Shown here: positions 56,238 to 64,000 of the stretch, one piece after another | Position numbering within the stretch: position 1 is the first letter of the stretch | Layout of the letters: every line of letters starts with the position of its first letter | Source of the DNA: Octopus vulgaris | Lineage: Eukaryota | Length of the DNA: 64,000 nt | Assembly: GCA_951406725.2 (NCBI GenBank) | Contig: OX597843.1 | Location: forward strand, 868,001 to 932,000 | Direction: 5' to 3' | Notes under the pieces: model-generated | What the model was told of the DNA's origin: nothing | The model's input: the letters and a program-made list of their open reading frames with translations, nothing else | The model's database searches: none | Translations under genes and position numbers: made by a program

Positions 56238-56373
56238 CATACATATATATGTGTATGTGTGTGTATGGTTGTACATCTGTATATGTGTATACGTATATGC
56301 GGGTATGTGTGTATGTGTATTTCATCATCTATGTGTGTGTGTGTGTTTTCCGTGTGTGTCTGGTTGTGCAAGT

Positions 56374-56414
<41 letters not shown>

Positions 56415-56559
56415 GAGAGAAACAGAGAGATGAGATGTAGTGAGAGAGAGGACGTGGGTTAGACAGAGATAGGATAAGTGAGGAAGTGAATGTGATTGCT
56501 TGACTGAATGTAACAGTGTGTGCATTTGCGTATGTGTGTGTGTGTATATATATATATAT

Positions 56560-56615
<56 letters not shown>

Positions 56616-58733
56616 GTATATATGTGTATGTGTATATATATATATATATATATACATACATATATACACATATATGTATATAATATGTATGTGTACATGC
56701 ATGTGTGAGCAATAATTATGTGTATGTGTGTATGTATTTATATATGTATGCATGTATGTGTGCATGCATGTGTGAGCATATGTAATTATATGTATATGTA
56801 TGTTTCTCTGTATGTATGTATTTATGTGTGTGTGTATGCATGTGTACATGCATGTGTGAGCACATATAATTATGTGTATATGTATGTTGTATGTATATAT
56901 TTCTGTATGTATATTTCTGTATGCATGTATGTATTTATATATTTATGTATAAATGTTTGTATGCATGTTTGTATTTATGTGTGTATATATGTATGGCTAC
57001 ATATATGTACATATGTATGTATAAATGTATATATGTATGTGTATATGTAAGAATGAATGTATCTGGTTGTGTGTGAGATAGAGGGAGAGATGGGGAGACA
57101 GAAAGAAGAGAGAGAGAGGAGAGACACACACATAGAGAGAGGGAGAGTCAAAGTGTATGTGTGTATATGTACATGTGTGTATATGTATGCATGTGTAGGT
57201 GTGTGTATGTATGTGTGCGTATGGGTATATGGGTATATATGTGTGTGTCTATATGTGTGTCCATGTGTGTGTGTGTGTGTGTGTTTCTTGTGTATGTGTG
57301 GTTGTGAGACACAAAGAAGAGAGATGGAGAGACAAAGATTTAAGAGAGGGATGATGAGAGGGAGAGAGCGAGAGAGAGAGAGAAAGAACAGCAGCAGCAG
57401 CTGAAGAAGAAGAAGAAGAAGAAGAAGAAGAAGAAGAAGAAGAAGAAGAAGAAGAAGAAGAAGAAGAAGAAGAAGAAGAACAACAACAACAACAACAACA
57501 ACAACACTAGTGGTAATAAACAAGTGGTAAGGAGGAGGAAGAAGTGGCAGAGTTGAAGAAAGTGGTTCTAGTGATGTTGTTGGTCGGATGGCTTGATGAT
57601 GATGATGATTAGGATGGTGGTCGTCGTCATGGTGAAGATGATGGTGATGGTGATGACGATGATTGGGGTAATGGTGGTGGCAGTAGTTGTAGTGATGATG
57701 ATGATGACGACGACGATGATGACGATGGTGGTGGTGGTGGTGGTGGTGGTGGTGATGATGATGATGATGATGATGATGATTATGATGATGATGACGGCGT
57801 TGGTGGTGATGGTGGTGGTAGTGGTGGTGGTGGTGGTGATGGTGATGATGACGATGATGATGACGATGATGATGATGATTATGATGATAACGACGATGAT
57901 GATGATGATGGTGGTGATGGTGGTGGTGACGGTGATGATGATGATGATAGCAATTATAGTAGTGGTGGAGGTGGTGGTGGTGGTGGTGGTGGTAGTTGTA
58001 GTGGGGTTGGAAGTGGTGGTGGTGGTGGTGATGATGATGATCATGATGATGATCATGATGATGCCGCCAATGATGATGATGATGACGACGCCGATGATGA
58101 AGATGATGACGATAATGATGATGATGATCATGATGATGATGAACACCAACATCAACCACAACCACAACAGGCACGAACTCAGCCACCACAAACAGCCAAA
58201 CAACCATAACATCACATTCAGCAGCAGCAAAAATTAAAAAGAAAAAAAACAAAAAACAAAAAAAAAAACCTCACAAAAACAACAACACCACCACCAACAA
58301 CAACAACAACAACAACAACAACGCCAACAACAATAACAATAACAATAACAACACAATGACAAGACCATTTACTGTAATATAAGCCCAGGAAACTGTGATT
58401 TGGTGGTCTGAGATGTGAATCTCTGCTGGTAAATAAGTGAAGAACACAGAAGATAAACGATTTGTCATTCTTTAATTAAAGATGTCACCATCCAGCATAA
58501 GGAATAATAGATTGGTAAGCAGAAGATGCAGCAGCGCCTTCATCTGTTGTCTGTCTGTCTGTCTCTCTTTCTCTTTTACTCTTTTTCTTTTGTCTTTCTC
58601 TCTGTCCCTTGTTCTCTCCCTCTCTCTTTCTCTCTCTCTTTCTCTTTCTTGCTTGCTCTTTCTTTCTCTCTTTCTATCTTTCTCTTTGTCTTTGATTATT
58701 TCTCATCCCCCCTCTCTCTCTCTCTCTCTCTCT

Positions 58734-58796
<63 letters not shown>

Positions 58797-59158
58797 ACAC
58801 ACATATATATATACACACATATATGTATCTATGCATATGTATGTATGTATGTATGTGTCTATGTATATATGCATATATATATGTATATGTGTGTATATAT
58901 ATATACGTATATATAATATATATATATATGTATGTGTCTATGTATATAAACACACACACACATATATATACATACATGTATATGTAATAGTTGTTTATAT
59001 GCATATATATATATATACTATATATGTATATATACATATATAAATACATGCATGTGTGTATACATTTATGTGTGTGTGTGTGTGCATACATACATGTATG
59101 TATATACAAATATATATGTATGCATATTTATATATACATATATATCGAAACATATCTA

Positions 59159-59212
<54 letters not shown>

Positions 59213-59585
59213 AATATATACATATATATATATATATGCATGTACATATATATACATATACATACAAATATATATATACATACATCACATACATACATAT
59301 ATACATAAAGACACACATGTATGTAAATATATATGTATGTATACATATGTATGTATATGTGTGTGTGTGTCTATATATATTCCTATATCTATATAACTAT
59401 GTATATTTATCAATATTATATACATATATATATATACCCATCATCATCCTAACCTTATTAATGTCTACTTCCCACGTATAATTCTCTGTGTGTTTATTTG
59501 TATGCATGCACATATACATGTATATATACATCATGTATAGATATTTCACTTAGGTACTGCAAGACTAGTAATCTGGTGTAGAACT

Positions 59586-59661
<76 letters not shown>

Positions 59662-59743
59662 TATACATATATGATATATATATATACACATGTATTTATA
59701 TATGCATGATATATATACACACACATGTATGTATATATGTATG

Positions 59744-59782
<39 letters not shown>

Positions 59783-60035
59783 GTTGCTTCACTGGCACCT
59801 GTGTTGGTGGCATGTGTGAAAAGATTCGAGCGAGGTCATTGCCAGTACCGCCTGACTGGCCCCTGTGCAAGTGGCACGTAAAAAGCACCCACTACACTCT
59901 CAGAGTAGTTGGCATCCAGCTGTAGAAACTCTGCCAGATCAAGACTGGAGCCTGGTGCAGCCATCTGGTTGCCAGCCCTCAGTCAAAACCGTCCAACCCA
60001 TACTAGCATGGAAAACGGACGTTAAATGATGATGA

Positions 60036-60090
<55 letters not shown>

Positions 60091-60216
60091 TACAATAATA
60101 ACAAAGGGTAAAAATTAATTAATTAAGAAGTAATCAGTAATTTTACCAAGCAGAATTCGGCATGAAAAAGACCATTTCATGGTTAGCTTAAGTAATACTT
60201 TATAAATAGGGTTCAG

Positions 60217-60512
60217 CAACGGTTTGCTTCACCACATACCAAAGTTTAGAAATAGCAGTCAAAAAATCTTAGCTATTCCTTCTATTTTAAAAGGGGCTCC
60301 CAGAAAAACCAAAGTACCTGTAAACAATCACACAGGCAGCGCATACGTGGGTAACCTAATATAGAATGATTTTCGTTATTTTTACCTTTTGCCTGCATGG
60401 ATCGTTTTCAGGTACTTTGGTTTTTCTGGCAGCCCCTTTTAAAGTAGAAGGAATAGCTAAGATTTTTTGACTGCTATTTCTATACTTCGGTATGTGGTGA
60501 AACAAATCGTTA
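60217..60512. repeat. Fold-back element related to the 3' part of the 53883-54358 element
   Basis: Arms about 60217-60340 / 60387-60512; agtagaaggaatagcta...tttgactgctatttcta...ttcggt shared with 54268-54316. Confidence 0.85.
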
Positions 60513-60526
60513 TGCATACATGTATA

Positions 60527-61040
60527 TCTGTATATATAAAACTGTATTTGTGTGAGTGTCTGTCTCCTATGACTTAGATTCCTAACTCCTCCCACATTTT
60601 GCGGTGCAGTTTAACCAAATTCGGGTATCTTATAGTCGTGATTCATATCGAGCCCATCTGGCTATTAGCGTGCATCTACAATGAGTCTACGATTTTAAAA
60701 ATAATTTAACATCATTTTTTATTCCATTTTAATGCATAATTTTTCGTGTGTCGATGGCGGCGGAGTTGGCGTCCATGGTTACACCTGCACCTGTTTGCTT
60801 CTCCCCCCTTCTTCCCTCCCTCGTGAAGCTGTGGGGAAGGGAGTGTAAGGAAATCAACGTCGTAAAGCGTTGTCAAGGAGACCAGCGTTCTTTTAGAACA
60901 ACGACTTCATGGCTTGAAGACACCAAAACAGAAATGGCTAGGAAAGCCCGAATTGGCATCTATAAGGGAAGTAAGTCTCTAAAAATGCTTATATAGTTAT
61001 TTCCCTTAGAAACCCGAGCAACGCCGGGCGATACTGCTAG
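60527..61040 (+). mobile_element. Non-autonomous Helitron
   Basis: Inserted A|TC...CTAG|T; subterminal hairpin cccg(agcaacgc)cggg at 61013-61028. Confidence 0.88.
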
Positions 61041-61960
61041 TATATATATAAATACACATGAAGTACAGAATGTTACCAATGACTGAAGAATATGTTAGCA
61101 CACAACAAGACATAAGTACAGGACAAAATGCCAAAGAAGTCAAAATCCTTCTCAGTTGTCAACTGTTTATGACTCACGTGTTTTGTGCTTTTAATGTCAA
61201 GACAGGAAGACTTCATAAGACAGCAGCATCCAGAAATTTTTAAAATATAAAATTTGCAGTGAGTTGGGGCTTTGAACAAACAAAACGACACCGTAGTGGA
61301 TGTATGGAAGAAAACAATCAACGAAGACAGATATTGAGGGTCGTTAGGCCAAGGCAAATTTAATGGTTAATGCCTGAGAGGAAGTTTGAAAGGAAATAGA
61401 ATAAATAGAAGAGAGAAAAATAGTTGAAGAGAAAAAGATATCGAGAGGTGGGAGAAATGATGTCCAGCTGGCTGGACATCCTGTCCAGAAAAGATAGAGA
61501 AATGAGAAAAATTGCCTATAGTCACGTGTAAGCACCAGGCAGAGGGGAAGGTGGACAAGAGAGAGTATGAGGGAAAGAAACGAAGGGAGTGAGGAGAAGG
61601 GAGAAGAAAAGAAAGATACAGAGTGAAAGAATGACAGACAAGGGACAACACAGGTGCCACACAGTGGGACTGAACCTGGAACAATGAGGTTGGGATGCAA
61701 GCTTTTTACCACACAGCCACGCCTATGTTGTGAATATATGTGTGTGTAAGTATATATATATATATATATATATATACACTTATATATGTTGTTGTATGCT
61801 CAAAATGAGGAGTAGTTGGACAGCCGACAACTGATGAAGGGTCATTCTTTATGTTACTTGTCCTGTTTTCCATCTGTTTCTCTCGTTGTTTACTTATTGA
61901 ACAGATTTGTTTTCATATTTCATGTTGTCTATGGTCTGTAACGTCCTGTAACCATATATG

Positions 61961-62023
<63 letters not shown>

Positions 62024-63703
62024 GTATATATATGCATATATATATATGCATTTCTCATGCATTCCTTTCCTTCTTGGGACACAAAACTCAACTAGTGAAG
62101 ACCTGTTGAGGCAAGTGAGAATTAGAATCAAAATCAAAATCGATAAACATCAATGGAAATTGCAGCTGTGATTCCAGTGCCGGTGGCACGTAAGAGGACC
62201 ATCCGAATGTGGCCGTTGCCAACGCCGCCCCGACAGACCTCCGTGCCAGTGGCACGTAAAAAGCACCAGCCAATCGTGGCCATTTGCCAGCCTCGTCTGG
62301 CACATAAAAAGCACCCACTACACTCACGGAGTGGTTGGCGTTAGGAAAGGCATCCAGCTGTAGAAACACTGCCAGATCTGACTGGGCCTGATGCAGCCTT
62401 CTGGCTTCCCAGACCCCAGTTGAACCGTCCAACCCATGCTAGCATGGAAAGCGAATGCTAAACGATGATGATGATATATGTATATATATTATATATATAT
62501 ATTCTTATTATTATTTGATTCAATGCCATGCATCCATTTCCAAGTATATATATATATGTGTATATATATATTTATATATATATATATATATATATCTGCC
62601 AGGAACACCTCCACAATGACCACCACCACTTCACAACTGCATCCTCTAACACCACAAACTCCACAATCACTATTACCATCACAGGTAGAACCATTAGCAA
62701 ACACAACAACAACAACAACAGCAAAAACAGCAAAAACACAACGACAAACAATAGCAAAACTCTCACCGCCACCGCCATCGCCATCGCCACCACTACCACC
62801 CGCCTCTGCAACCACAAGATGAAAAAGCACTACCAGTACCACTACCACTACCGCCGCCACCCCAGCCACGACCATCACCCCTGTACCCAACTGAGCAAAC
62901 ATATATATTTGTGCTCAATCTGCCGTTTCTTCTCTACATTATATTTTATTCCCTTTTCTTCAGGAGAGTTGATAGCAGTTTTCCAAAATATAATCGGATT
63001 ACTTTCAGAGCGATCTGTTTTGTTTTCTCATTTAACAATTCCACTCTGGCTTTGAATACACACACATACATACGTACATGCATACATACGTACATACATA
63101 CATACGTACATTCATACATACATGCATATATATATATACACATATATATATATATATATATACATGTATATATATATATACATGTATGTATATATATATA
63201 TATATATATACATGTATATATATATATCATCAGCATCATCAACATCATATATGTGTGTGTGTGTGTATATATGTATGTATATATAAATGTATGTATATAT
63301 ATATATATATATATAAATGTATATATATATATATATATGTACATATATACATATGTTTATATATATATATACATATGTACATATATATATATTTATACAC
63401 ATATATATATATATATGTGAATATATATACGCAGACACACATATGTACATTAAAAGAAAATATATGATATATGTATACATGTATATATATACACAAATAT
63501 ACGCACACATATATACATTAAAAAACATATATATAAATATATATATATATCTATATACATGCATGTGTGTGTGTGTTGATGCATATATCTATATATATAT
63601 ATACATATATACATAAGTGAGTATGTGTGTGTGTTTATATAGTAATATATATCTATATGTATATATAGATAGATATTTGTACATATAAGTGTACGTGTGT
63701 GTA

Positions 63704-63833
<130 letters not shown>

Positions 63834-64000
63834 GCATGTATGTATGTACATTTAAATACATATGAATAGATATATATATATAAGTATACATGTGTATATA
63901 GTGTCTCCGTGTTGCTTACCACAGCGAATATATGTGTTTGAGTGTACTGAAATGCACCCATGCACATACACCTGCAACTGCAACCATAGGCACTGCACTT

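Noticed and set aside
61810-61845. Hammerhead at gacaaCTGATGAaggg
   Set aside because: Only the 5' half is present; no matching stem II 3' strand or GAAA.

Overview
AT-rich, extremely microsatellite-dense eukaryotic DNA. The repeat content (tRNA-derived SINE families, RTE LINEs with (GAT)n tails, massive (AT)n/(ATGT)n/(TAGA)n/(GAT)n tracts) points to a coleoid cephalopod, most likely Octopus; this is inferred from repeat style and was not verified by search. Nearly all ORFs in the supplied track are translations of microsatellites. Recognisable content: a 5'-truncated RTE LINE (43460-45655, minus strand, RT with an embedded PHD finger), a second LINE fragment with TSD, bipartite non-autonomous RTE elements, at least four SINE/SINE-like families (dozens of copies, some concatemeric), mariner, piggyBac and hAT MITEs, a non-autonomous Helitron, a 68-bp SINE-derived minisatellite and a 138/144-bp dimeric array. 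The most striking unannotated signal is a set of about ten minimal type-I hammerhead ribozyme motifs of at least six unrelated sequence families (Penelope-like pLTR/retrozyme style, palindromic stem III, several non-canonical cores), sitting in (AT)n tracts and often in fold-back arrangements. One plausible host-gene first exon (signal-peptide ORF, perfect CAG|GTAAGT donor) lies on the minus strand at about 28105-30080, inside a CpG-retaining domain. Repeat boundaries are approximate unless TSD/TIR coordinates are given. SINE family letters are my own working labels.
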